Below are positions 63,994 to 64,000 of a DNA stretch of 64,000 bases, piece after piece. The position numbers and the translations under genes were made by a program. The notes below the pieces were generated by a model. That model ran no database searches and was not told where the DNA came from. It was given only the letters and a program-made list of their open reading frames with translations. The DNA is from Ophelia neglecta. Taxonomy: Eukaryota. The DNA lies in the NCBI GenBank assembly GCA_965285935.1, contig OZ260665.1:49910001-49974000 (forward strand). Reading direction: 5' to 3'. Within the stretch, counting starts at the first letter, position 1. Every line of letters starts with the position of its first letter.

Positions 63994-64000
63994 CTACAAA

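Overview
AT-rich, intron-containing animal genomic DNA. The repeat types and gene structures suggest a marine invertebrate, possibly a lophotrochozoan, but the species cannot be determined. Four spliced protein-coding genes can be assembled. (1) A RERG/RASL11/RASL12-type Ras-like GTPase on the minus strand (17730-22684). (2) A receptor protein tyrosine phosphatase with a short Ser/Thr/Pro-rich repeat (mucin-like) ectodomain (+, 28321-40600). (3) Its tandem paralog with a WSC + laminin-type EGF + 7 EGF ectodomain (+, 44263-55969). (4) CCDC40 (-, 56982-63993), which has a long N-terminal extension of R-P-x-S repeats. The first ~17.5 kb is mostly decayed transposons: two Helentron/HINE-like elements with internal satellites, an internally deleted Gypsy LTR element carrying three MITE insertions (one a ~490-bp palindrome with a divergent pair of CTCF-like motifs), nested LINE and MITE insertions, and an unusual direct-repeat/inverted-repeat structure at 7261-9335. 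The most notable candidate system is the tandem RPTP pair, which shares idiosyncratic catalytic-domain motifs but has unrelated ectodomains (mucin versus putative glycan-binding WSC-EGF). No CRISPR array, rRNA or convincing tRNA was seen. All exon boundaries were read by eye and may be off by a few nucleotides.
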